Positions 25,517 through 36,374 of a stretch of 64,000 nt of DNA are shown piece by piece; position 1 is the stretch's first letter, and each line of letters starts with the position of its first letter. The notes below the pieces were generated by a model, which was not told the origin of the DNA, searched no databases, and saw only the letters and a program-made list of their open reading frames with translations. This DNA comes from Eledone cirrhosa. Taxonomy: Eukaryota. The DNA lies in the NCBI GenBank assembly GCA_964016885.1, contig OZ024743.1, positions 163,804,001-163,868,000 on the forward strand, given 5' to 3'. Both the position numbers and the translations under genes were made by a program.

Positions 25517-27071
25517 AGGAAAATGCGAAGTTGTAGATGTTAAAGAGTCCTTTATTAATAAACCTATGATGCATATTTCAATGATGATCATGATCACTTG
25601 ATTATGTAACCATTCTCGTGATCTCATCAGACAGCAACATTGAGTAAAAAAGGTTTGGGTCACAGAGAGTTCAATTCAGCCAAAGATTTGTTGTTTACTG
25701 CTAATTTCAGTGTCCAACCACCACCCAGAATTCTATGATTGGGTGTCACTCCCACCTGTTTATGGTGAGACAGTAGATTGACCATTAACTGCAAAGGGTG
25801 AATATAACTTAATGTAATAGTTAATATAATTTCACATTGGAAAATAAAATTAAAGATTAAACATTAAAAGTTGGAAATTTAAAAATTTTCAAATTTCGAC
25901 TTCCTAGTCATCAGTCGAATATAATAACAAACGGGTTGATGTGTATATTAGTGATAGAAATTAGAAAATTAGATTCAAAATTGGATATTAAATGTTGATA
26001 GCTAGTGATTAACAGTAGAATATTTCCTATTATCTGAAGAATCAATGGGAGAGATAGCCTATTAATTTACTCTGAAGCCAGACTACAAAAAACTGGCATC
26101 ATAACGAAAAATGTCAGGTGAATTTAAAGTATAGAATGTAATAATTAAACAATCAGATAGTTGATATTCCAGTCAATCCAGTAAAGACAAATAAGAATAT
26201 TTATAGAAGGAAAATGTCAGAAAAGGTATAAAGAAGAAAGGAAAAAAGGAATTATAAAGGGAAAATATGTGGAAAATGTTTAAATAGGAATAAGGTAGAG
26301 GTGACAAATCAAAATTCTCCAGGTGCAAATCCATGGTCTTTTGACACTGACAGATATAATATATATTTTCTGTATTTTTTCTAACTGATGAATCTTGTTA
26401 CTATGGAGTTTCACCCTTGTTCTCACAGGATCATAAGTAAACTTTATTTTTATAAGTATGAGTTAGACAGATTGTTACGTTTTGAGGCTAGACTAGTCAG
26501 GTAACCATTTTTTGCTTGCTTTCTATGGCAGGATGCCCTCCCTAATACCAACAATTTTACAGTGTATACTGGGAGCATTGTTTCTATGACTGGATGCTCT
26601 TCCTAACACTTTACAGCATGGACTAGGTGTTTTCGTTGATGTTACGGCCCTTTACGGTCTGAGTTCAAATCCCGCTGAGCTTAGCTTTGCCTTTAATCCT
26701 TACGGGATCGATAAAATAAAGCATTAGTAATGCACTGGGGTTGATTTAATTGACTTTCCCCCTCCCCTCATATTGTTGGCCTTGTGCATAAATCAGAAAT
26801 CGTTATTTTAAATGCTTATCATCATCTTAAATTGGGGATATGGTAGTTTGAGGGAGCACAATATGTGAGGGAAGAAAGTTTTTTTTCTCTGAGCTGGCAT
26901 GAATTAGTCAAGGGAAGTGTGAAGAATGAGAGGGTAGAGGGCATTTGGGATAAGGTTAGGAATGTGAATAGGGTCAGGTCTGTCTACCTCTCTGATATAT
27001 ATCTAAAAACCTTTTATTACAACTTTATGTAAGAACCTTTGTTAAATTTTGTTCCAAATATTAGCTAAAAA

Positions 27072-28845
27072 CACTGTGTAACATATTTTTTGTTCCCCGG
27101 TTCTAAGTGTCATTTACTGGTTTGTTATATCCCATTATTATAAAAAAAACACTATTATTTAATCAGAAGTTTGGGTTTGTGGTTAGGAGTTTGATATTTT
27201 GAAATTTTCATATTTTTCAAGAAAAAACACATTTTTTTTAAATTTATCAGTTCATATAATTAAATCAACAGAGTATATATTTATTTTATTACACAAGCTT
27301 ATCAAAAGCAAACAAGTAAAAACAAATAACACTTATAAAGCAACTTATACACGTCAGAAATGACTGGATTTCCTGGATTTGCAGTTGTAGTCCAGGTCGC
27401 ATTCCCACACTAGCCCCCAGATATAGTCCCCCATCATTTTTTCATTGTAGTGGCCCTGGTACCTCCGCTCTATCTCTTTCACATCTTGGTGGAATCGTTC
27501 GCCTTGTTCTTCTGAGTAGGCGCCCATATTGTCCTTGAATTTTTCCAGGTGAGCGTCGAGCATATGGAGTTTAAGCGACATCCTGCATCCCATGGCGCCA
27601 AAAGCCTTTATCAGATCCTGCACCAGTTGCTGGTAGTTTTCAGCTCTATAGTTGTCCAGGAAGCCCTTAACAACTGCCTTGAAACAGTTCCATGCTGTTC
27701 TCTCAATCCTATTGAGCTTATTGGAGAACTCGGTAGACTCAAACACCTTCTTTATCTGAGGTCCAACAAAAATTCCACCTTTGATTTGGCCTCAGATAAC
27801 TTGGCGAAGAACTCAAGAAGGTACGTAAAAGCGGCTGATTCTTGGTTGAGAGCCTTCACAAACTGCTTCATCAACCCCAACTTAATGTGCAGTGGTGGCA
27901 TGAGCACAATCCTGGGATCAACCAGTGGCTCCCACATGACGTTCCGGGTCCCAACTACAAATTCTGTTCGCTGCTCCCAGTTCTTTCTTTTGTAGTGGCT
28001 CTGCTGTCCCAAAGGCAGAGGAAGCATTGGAATTTGATAAAGCCTCCTTGGAGTCCAAGCAGGAAAGCCACTATCTTGAAGTCTCCAATGATTTCCCAAT
28101 TGTACTGGTTGTATTGCAGAACTTCCAAGAGGACTTTCACACTGTAGTAATCTTCCTTCAGGCAGACTGAATGAGCTAGGGGCAATGTCGGGAACTTGTT
28201 TCCATTGTGGAGGAGGACAGCCTTCAAACTTGTGGTGGAGCTGTCTATAAATAGCTGCCACTCCTTGGGCACAAACGGCACCCCAATAACGTCAAACAGT
28301 CTAGGCACATCATGGCAGAAGCAGAGGCCATCCCTAAGAGTGTAAAAGCCTGAGAAAGGTTTGTGTCGACTTCTCTGGCTTGTCATCTGCATTTCCTCCC
28401 TGACCAAGTTCCACTGCTTCATCCTGGAGACGAATAGCTCTGCATTGGACTTGGTCAGACCCATATCCCTGACCAAGTCATTGACTTCTTTTTGGTTTGG
28501 GAAGTGAGGAACTTTTTCTGGTACCCCAGTATCAATAAATCTCTTTAATCCACTTTTTAACAATTTTATACTTTATTGCACTTTTATAATTTTCTTTAGG
28601 TATTACTCTTTATTTTATAATTTTAATTTAACCTGAAACATATATTAAAAAAATCATTTGATATAAGCAAATTAAACTTACATACAGCGTATGTAAATAA
28701 TTCTAGTGAATAGCTTAGAATGTTTACAAACCAAAACTTTTAACTGTTTAATAGCACTTTTTTTTATTATTTGGGACCTAAGCAACACAAAAAAAAGTGA
28801 TTACAAGCCAGGAACAGAGAAAAAAAAATTTTTTGTTACACAGTG
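27072..28845 (-). mobile_element. Chapaev3-like (CMC/Transib-related) DNA transposon with frameshifted transposase
   Basis: Terminal inverted repeats CACTGTGTAACA...TGTTACACAGTG; overlapping minus ORFs 27955-28563, 27752-28261 and 27354-27746 give WQLFIDSSTTSLKAVLLHNGN, GDFKIV, CFLCLWDSRA, PPLHIKLGLMKQFVKAL, KLHMLDAHL, SEEQGERFHQD. Confidence 0.85.
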
Positions 28846-29664
28846 TAATCAGAAATTTCAGTGTTGTAATCTAGACTTACAGCTTCCTTTTCATGCCAGT
28901 CATCATCGAGTTGAGACCTCAGCTGTCCTCGCTCCCCAAACTGCTCTTTTGCTCTATAAAATTGGAAAGCAACAGTTCACCTGAGGAAGGAGCCATGTGA
29001 GGTGTGATGGCTGTTGCAGGAGGTGTCACTGGTTATTCTTCATGGTAATGCTTTCACCATTTTGTCAGTAGGGGACAGCTGAAACCTATCACTCAGATTG
29101 CAGTGTAGAGTCTGTTGCTCCTTTCCCTTTCTTTCATTCCTTAATTTCTTTTCTCCATCTTTTTTTTCTTCTTTTCTGTCTTTTTCCTTTTTTAATTCTT
29201 GATTATTTTCAAAATGATTTAAAAATCGTAGGCAGTGTCTTTCATTAGAAATATGTTAAAAAAGTGTTAACGGGAATTTAAGTACTAACTGACATTTTTT
29301 ATGTTAAATTCCTTGAATATTTCTATAAAGTTCTTTTGAAATTTCTCAGTTGGTAGTTGTTCTTCTGATGGTAGATTGCCATCTTCCCCAACACCACCAT
29401 CAGTCTCCATACTGCCTTATATTTAGGGAACAGATGAATCTATTTCTGAATGTGTCTGAATTTTAGCTTGTTAGGAATAAATTAACTTTGTTATTGTGTG
29501 GGCGTATTCAAAACATTTTCTCTTGTTTGCATATAAAATGTGTAAACATAATTATTTGACGCTAAACATAGATGTTGTGACTGACAGAAGCTTCAGTGTT
29601 GGAAACTGAATGCAAACAATATAGGGTTTCAGAGAACATTTTGATCTGGATGTGACAAGCTTTC

Positions 29665-29945
29665 AGGCACTGGTGCTATAATAAAATGTACCAAGTACAC
29701 TCTGTAGAGTGTTAGTGTTGGTGCCATGAAGAAATGTACCCAGTATATTCTGTAAAGTGTTGGTAGTGGTACCCTCCAAAATGCACCCAGTACACTTTGT
29801 AAAGTATTAGTATTGGTGCCATGAAGCAATGTACCCACAACATTCTGTGAAGTGTTAGTGTTGGTGCCATGAAGAAATGTACCCAGTACACTCTTTAAAA
29901 TGTTTGTAGTGGTACCCCCCAAAATGCACCAGTACATTCTGTAAC
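29665..29945 (+). repeat. ~48-bp degenerate minisatellite (retroposon subrepeat derived)
   Basis: Repeated GGTGCCATGAAGAAATGTACCCAGTACACTCTGTAAAGTG motif inside a SINE/RTE-UTR-like relic. Confidence 0.75.
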
Positions 29946-30801
29946 CTGATTGTCATTAGGAAGTACATCTAGCCATATAAATCATGTCAAATATGGAATG
30001 TTTGAGCAAGATGAGATCACTCCAACACTCAGATCATGACAACCCATCCAACCCATGCTGGTGTGGAGAGCAAATATAAAATATATATATATATATAACC
30101 GAAATATCTGCACAAAAGAATGCAGTCATGAGTGAATACAACAAATATGGCTATTGAAACAGTTTAAGCTTGACTGTAGGGTTTATATGTCTTATAATAT
30201 CTACACTCTGCTTTCCTTAAAGTATGGAGTTGAATAACGGTCTTACTAATAACAATCAGTAAGATCTTTTTTCACTGTATATATATATATATATACATAC
30301 AGTGAAATTCCATTTTAACGAGATTCACAAGGTATAAAAAAAATCATTGTGACGAAAAATTTTTTATAACGAGATTGACCGAAACAAATCAAGTGTTTGT
30401 TTACTATTTCCTTGCGGATTGAACAATTCTGTTATACTGATAAATTCATTATAATGGTATTCATTTTGGGAAGCCTTTACAATGCAGATAGATAAATCTC
30501 CGGGTAACAAAATCAGGTGCCGGTAGGAAGAAAGGGGATAAAGGAGGAATAGAGGAAATAGGGAAAAGAAATGTATAATGAAATGAAAACCAGAGGTGAA
30601 GTTACCTTGGAATCAATCTATTAGTCTCTATATTTTGGATTTTTCATCCTTCATCAGGGGGTCTGAAGGAACTTCAGAGATTTATCGAAGAATACCCTTC
30701 TAAATACCAACCACTTTACAGGGTGTACTGGGAGTATGGTTTCTATGTCTGTATACCCTTCCTAACATCAATTACTTTACAGTGTGTACTGGGAGCACAG
30801 A

Positions 30802-30863
<62 letters not shown>

Positions 30864-30990
30864 AAAGTTTTATTTAAATTATTGGGATACAACAAGCAAA
30901 TATTTTTATAACTGATATAAAGCACTCGACAAATATTTGGAGTAGATATACGATATTAATAAATGGAAACTATATTTATAAAACCATATT

Positions 30991-31055
30991 TATTTCATTA
31001 TATATATTTCAAGGATACCAAGTTACATTATGGTATGCCTTCATCAGACAAAATA
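30991..31055 (-). ncRNA. Minimal type I hammerhead ribozyme in the 3' terminal repeat (sense to the ORF)
   Basis: TATTTTGT-CTGATGA-AGGCATACCA taatgtaact TGGTATCCTT-GAAA-TATATA-TA-ATGAAATA: complete core, stems I and II, palindromic stem III. Confidence 0.85.
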
Positions 31056-32888
31056 CAATATATAACAGTTTTATAAATAGACATTGACGTACCCCTTTTA
31101 AAAAATTGACCGTTGTTTTTGGAGGCCATCAGGATAGTGATTTGTTTACTTTAGTAAGTCATAGTGTTAAGAGTAAGTAAAAAGATGGAGAGAGAGAGAG
31201 AAACGTGGAGTAAAGAAAAAGAAGAAAACAAAAAGAAAAGAGAACAGAGGAAAAATAACGGGGAGATATCAAACCATCAGAGAGAGAAAAAAATCCAGAG
31301 AGAGATATATAGAGATAGAGAGGGGGGGGGGAGAACGAAAGCCTTAAGTTATGTCATATTAAGTTGAGTTAACAATTGGGATGAAAAGCATAAATAAAAT
31401 TAGAAATATTAATATTCATGAATGGAATATAGGTATATAATATGAGAAATTACACATTGTTTAATTATGATTAGATATTTAGTTTAAAATTGAGATCAAT
31501 ATATTAAAAATTGGAATTTAAACATTATAAAATATATATATTGCTAGAGAGATTATCTATCGCATATTACATACACATAGGCAAAGGTACATAAATATAT
31601 ATATATACACACTCACTCAGAAAATACACATTATATCTACTCCCGCACATAATATATATATATACAAAGCATAAGTGATTTTTTGCCATACATTCCCTGT
31701 GTTATTAATTAAAAATTAAAAGTTTTTAGTATATATATAAATATATAGGATTAACTTTCATGCATTTATGGCTGTTAAGTTATGCATATCTGCAATCAAA
31801 AACTGCATGTGTAAGCCTGTACATTCACATCCATAATTCTTAGCTATACATGAATAGATATGTGTGTGCATCTTCAATTGGTATACACGCATCACTCATG
31901 CATATATACAGACAGACATATAATCATAAAAAAAAGCATATAACACATGTATATGTATGTCAACACACACATATAGATACATTAGCCGTATATAGATATA
32001 ATCAACATATAACATAGTACAATTGAGTATATAAAATACAAAAGGATTATATTTTGGAAATATAATTATATCAATATAACTTAAAAAGCAAACGAATTCT
32101 ACAAATATCAAAATACTAAAATATCCCCAAATATTATAGAATATTTTAAGTTAAAATAATATGTTTAATATATTTAGTATAGAAATTAATCTTACGTATA
32201 TTTTAATCAAGATATTGAAAGGACAAACTTTTGAAAATTATGAGAAGCTATCAGAATAAAAAATAAATCTAATAAAAATTATGAGAAGCTATCAGAATAA
32301 AAACAAATCTAATAAAAAAAAAAAAATAATAATAAAAAATAAAATAAAATAAAATTAATCTAATAAAAAAATAAAAAAATAAATAAAATGAATCTAATAA
32401 AAAATAAATCTAATAAAAAATAAAAAATAAAATATTATATCAATATAACTTAAAAAACAAGGATTGTACAGATATCAAAATATTAAAAAGTTTAAAAATA
32501 AAAATAAAAATAAAAATAAAGAAATTTAAAAAAAAAATTTTTTAATTCCCAAAAATTTCAAAAAATAAAAAAAAAATAATAAAAAAAAAATCTTTAAAAT
32601 TTTAAAAATCTTTAAAAATTTCAAAAATTTCAAAAAAATTTTGAAACTCTTAAAATATAGAATATTTAAAGCTAAAATAATATGTTTAGTATAGAAATTT
32701 ATCTTACGTATATTTTATTCAAGATATTGAAAGGATAAACTTTTCTAGAATAGTTTATTATATTTATAATTATATTTATGAAGAAAATTTATACTTGGGT
32801 ACTTAACCAAAGAAAATGAAAAAGGTGAAGGAATCTAATGATTTATCGACAGGTTAGATATATTAACTAAATTACTTAATTAATTAAA

Positions 32889-35009
32889 CTACATTTTAAA
32901 TTTATATTTATATTTAAACGTTGAGTTCAATCTATGTCTGCAGCAACTGAATAAATTATTCCTTAAATTAAGGGAATTTTTGGTCTTTAATATAAAAAAT
33001 ATTTCCTCTATACAAAGGTCACAATTTTCTGAAGAGAAATTAAAAGGAGTAGCTTTTGAAATAATATTCCAAATCAGCGAATATTCAACATTATCTCGTT
33101 TTAGGTCCCATAATAGGCTAGATAGCGAAGTTGAAGATTTTTTGTTTGGATCTGTAAAAGAATTTTTATGATTATTGAAGCGGGATTTAAATTCTGTAGA
33201 GGTAGAACCGACATAGTTAAATGAATTTAAATTAGTTTTAACATTACAATTATAAACTACATTTTTAGCTAAGCAGTTGTTATTTAACGGACAGTTGGAT
33301 TTATTTCTACAGTTACAGTTATTCGATTGAATATTGCTTGGGTTATTATTGGTATTTTGGTTAGGTTTTAAATTTCTATTATTAATTCTATTAATATTTT
33401 GCGCTAAATTTTTGGTGGAAGAGTAGGTTAATTTTATAGTATGTCTATTAAAAATTGAGTAATATTTATGTGTTCTAGGGAATCGTTTGTCAAGAGCTTT
33501 AAAGAATAGTTTAGCAATAGGGGTTTTAATATTTAGTGAGAAAGGGGGAGCGAACCATAATATATTCCTAGTTCTATTTCTTTTTCGGCTTTCGGAGTTA
33601 TAGTAATATTTTCTATTATGGTTGTTGAAATTGTTACCATAATTAAAGTTGTTATTATTTTGGTTATTTTGTATATTATTATTATTATCGATGTATTTAA
33701 TTTTATTTCTATACCCAGCTCTACCTAACGCTTCATTGTAATAATGCGCTTTTTCATCAAATATATTCTTATTAGATGAAATTCTTGAAATTCGTTTTTG
33801 AACAGAGTTCACTATAGTATTTTTAACGGATCTGGGGTGATTAGAGTTAAAATTGACATCATTTAAGTTCTCATTTAGTTTGTGAAATGGATAATGAAGA
33901 CATGTGTTGAGATTTAGTGTTACATCTAGAAAATTGACTATTTTATGGTTATTCTCTATTTCTACTTTTAGTTTAAGGTAATTAAAAAATTGTATAATTT
34001 GTTTTCTTTTTCTATTTAGTTCACAGCTATTATTTTCTATAAGTAAAAGCATGTCGTCACGATATAAGCCTCCGGTTACATCTGGTATTTTTCTATGTAG
34101 AGAATTAATTATAAATAAGCCCACAAGGTCCGTTACCTGAGCTGAGTCTGAAGATCCCATAGTTATGTCGAAATTATTATTTCTATCTGCCCTAGTCCAG
34201 AGTTGGTTATTAAATTCTATTAATGTTTTCCGTGCCGATAATATAATGTGCATTTCATTACTAGTTAGGTCTGTATGTTTAAATGCGTAAGTTAGTGCCT
34301 TATTCAGTAGATTAGGAGTGATAGATGAGTAGTAGTTAGCAATATCCAACTGAATAAACTTATTATTATAGTTATATTTAATTTCTTTAAACCAATCGAT
34401 AACCTCACTAGTCCCTTTCCATAATTTTAAGTAAGATAAATTAGGTAAATTCTTAATTTGTTGTATTACTCTGTCTAGAATATTTTTGCTAAATCTGCCC
34501 AGGTCAGATTTAGATGGTGCAATTAATCTGACTGGTAAATCATTTTCAAAGTTTCTTTTATGATCCTTCATATTGATCTTAGGTTTCCGTGGCATGAAGG
34601 GTTGTGTTTTATTTTCAATGTCTAGTTCATGCATTATACAAGAGGCATCTGTATTTAGTTTTTCAAGTTCGTCCTTATTTGCTACTTTATATTTCTTCCT
34701 TAGTTCCTTCAATATAAGGTTGTTATAAATGTCCTTTTGTATTCCGTAAAGATTATTAGTTTTGTCCGACTTGACTAGAATTTTCTCCGTTTTCTCCAAG
34801 TTTTCAATCTTATCTTTAATATCTCTTAAGTAATCTTGGCCTTTGAAGTTGTTTTTGAATTTGATGCTTTGGATGATAGATACGATATCAATTTCAAAAT
34901 CCATTAGTAGTTTGTTGGGGGGTGGATTTTTTTTAGATTTGAAGATTCTATCCCTTTCTTTTCTCCACATTTCTCTCTCTCTCTCCATCTTTTTACTTAC
35001 TCTTAACAC
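32889..35009 (-). CDS. Penelope-like reverse transcriptase + GIY-YIG endonuclease (706 aa, probably N-terminally truncated)
   Basis: KSDKTNN, KDHK..PVRLI, QLDIANYYSSI, TMGSSDSAQ, GLYRDD, VNFLDVTL, SNHP, WFAPPFS, CNCRNKSNCPLNNNC linker, VVY..NYVGST..FKSRFNNH, CDLCIEE, CRH; no internal stops. Confidence 0.93.
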   Translation of the reverse strand: MLRVSKKMEREREMWRKERDRIFKSKKNPPPNKLLMDFEIDIVSIIQSIKFKNNFKGQDYLRDIKDKIENLEKTEKILVKSDKTNNLYGIQKDIYNNLILKELRKKYKVANKDELEKLNTDASCIMHELDIENKTQPFMPRKPKINMKDHKRNFENDLPVRLIAPSKSDLGRFSKNILDRVIQQIKNLPNLSYLKLWKGTSEVIDWFKEIKYNYNNKFIQLDIANYYSSITPNLLNKALTYAFKHTDLTSNEMHIILSARKTLIEFNNQLWTRADRNNNFDITMGSSDSAQVTDLVGLFIINSLHRKIPDVTGGLYRDDMLLLIENNSCELNRKRKQIIQFFNYLKLKVEIENNHKIVNFLDVTLNLNTCLHYPFHKLNENLNDVNFNSNHPRSVKNTIVNSVQKRISRISSNKNIFDEKAHYYNEALGRAGYRNKIKYIDNNNNIQNNQNNNNFNYGNNFNNHNRKYYYNSESRKRNRTRNILWFAPPFSLNIKTPIAKLFFKALDKRFPRTHKYYSIFNRHTIKLTYSSTKNLAQNINRINNRNLKPNQNTNNNPSNIQSNNCNCRNKSNCPLNNNCLAKNVVYNCNVKTNLNSFNYVGSTSTEFKSRFNNHKNSFTDPNKKSSTSLSSLLWDLKRDNVEYSLIWNIISKATPFNFSSENCDLCIEEIFFILKTKNSLNLRNNLFSCCRHRLNSTFKYKYKFKM

Positions 35010-35117
35010 TATGACTTACTAAAGTAAACAAATCACTATCCTGATGGCCTCCAAAAACAACGGTCAATTTTTTAAAAGGGGTACGTCAATGTCTATTTAT
35101 AAAACTGTTATATATTG

Positions 35118-35182
35118 TATTTTGTCTGATGAAGGCATACCATAATGTAACTTGGTATCCTTGAAATATATATAATGAAATA
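35118..35182 (+). ncRNA. Identical hammerhead in the inverted 5' repeat (antisense to the ORF)
   Basis: CTGATGA at 35126-35132, GAAA at 35163-35166, predicted cleavage after 35174. Confidence 0.85.
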
Positions 35183-35221
35183 AATATGGTTTTATAAATA
35201 TAGTTTCCATTTATTAATATC

Positions 35222-35279
<58 letters not shown>

Positions 35280-35283
<4 letters not shown>

Positions 35284-35855
35284 ATATTTGGGGAGGGTTA
35301 TGCTGTCCTAATATTTCCAAAAAATAGTATAACACACTCTCTGTTTGGTTTTCGCTTCTCTATATGTATATAAATAATTTAGCTGCCAGTCAATGTTTAT
35401 CATTGATTGACCAACAATTAAAAATATAAACATAATTTATCAAATTAGGGAAGCAAATCTAGGTTGAACAAAATATGAGTGGAATAACAACAACCATACA
35501 CAAACACACACTAGTGACCAAAGATAGAATATAAACACATAAACACTCAGACACGAACACACGACAAACAGAATACATGCACACAAATGCATGCGCAAAC
35601 ATAGAAAACCAAAATAAAATGTTCTAGAAGCACATCGGGAGGAAACAATAGTAATCACTGAAGATGTCACAGAAATGTGTGACGAAACAACTTTGATAAA
35701 TTATATTTATACTTTTCACTGTTGGTCAATCAACAATAAACATTGATTGCTAGCTAAATTATTGATATAAATATACTGAAGTGAAAACCAAATCAAACAG
35801 TGAGTGTGTTTTACTATTTTTTAGCAATAACATATGACCCTCCCCAAATATAACA
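35280..35855. mobile_element. Non-autonomous TIR element (Ginger-like TGT...ACA ends, ATAT flanks)
   Basis: TGTTATATTTGGGGAGGGT ... ACCCTCCCCAAATATAACA; imperfect inverted repeats ~165 bp; ATAT on both sides; no ORF. Confidence 0.75.
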
Positions 35856-36025
35856 ATATCTATTTAAACACATGATTTTATATCAAAACCCTTGCAAAAC
35901 ATATATATATATATATACACATACATATAACAAAGAGGATATGGTAAGATACCAGGTGGACCATAACCTTAGTTCGGATCTAACTGTCGAAACAGCTGGA
36001 GCTCAACCGTTGGGGTCCTGAAACT

Positions 36026-36066
<41 letters not shown>

Positions 36067-36204
36067 TAAAGGATAAAGGAGAAATATCCCATAACTCCTT
36101 GCGGAGTCATAGAGGCACCATCATACATCGTGTCTCGGGCACTTTTAAACCTGGCAGAGCCCAACCCTCTCCAGGTCTGAACACAGCCTATTTTTTCTAT
36201 AGAG

Positions 36205-36370
36205 GAAGAATCGACTCCAGTACTGGACTGCTACTTTATTTATCGACCTTGAAAGGATGAAAGACAAAGTTGACCACGGTGGGATTTGAACTCAGAGTGC
36301 GCAATGCGGTGGGGCGAATACCGTAAAGCGTTCTATCCGATGTCTTAATGACTGACAATTCGCCACCTAT
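36205..36370 (-). mobile_element. tRNA-derived SINE (Meta-like central motif)
   Basis: Reverse complement AGGTGGCGAATTG...GAGTTCAAATCCC...CTTTCATCCTTTCAAGGTCGATAAATAAAGTAGCAG; same family at 1-150, 26640-26810 and 53827-53985. Confidence 0.75.
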
Positions 36371-36374
36371 ATAT

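Larger units (their letters stand above)
30861..35222 (-). mobile_element. Penelope-like retroelement (Naiad-type) with inverted 5' terminal repeat, inserted in (TA)n
   Basis: Uninterrupted RT-GIY-YIG ORF; inverted repeats 30951-31218 / 34955-35222; ~90-nt extension 30861-30950; (TA)n on both flanks (~30804-30860, 35223-35278). Confidence 0.93.

Noticed and set aside
30299-30485. Possible pogo/Tigger-like MITE (CAGTGAAATTCC..TAACGAG); similar hAT-like start at ~4268
   Set aside because: Could not identify a convincing matching right terminus.
30610-30660. Minus-strand CTGATGAAGGAT-GAAAA-ATCC-AAAA hammerhead-like remnant
   Set aside because: GAAA core altered and stems I/III not supported; at most a dead remnant.
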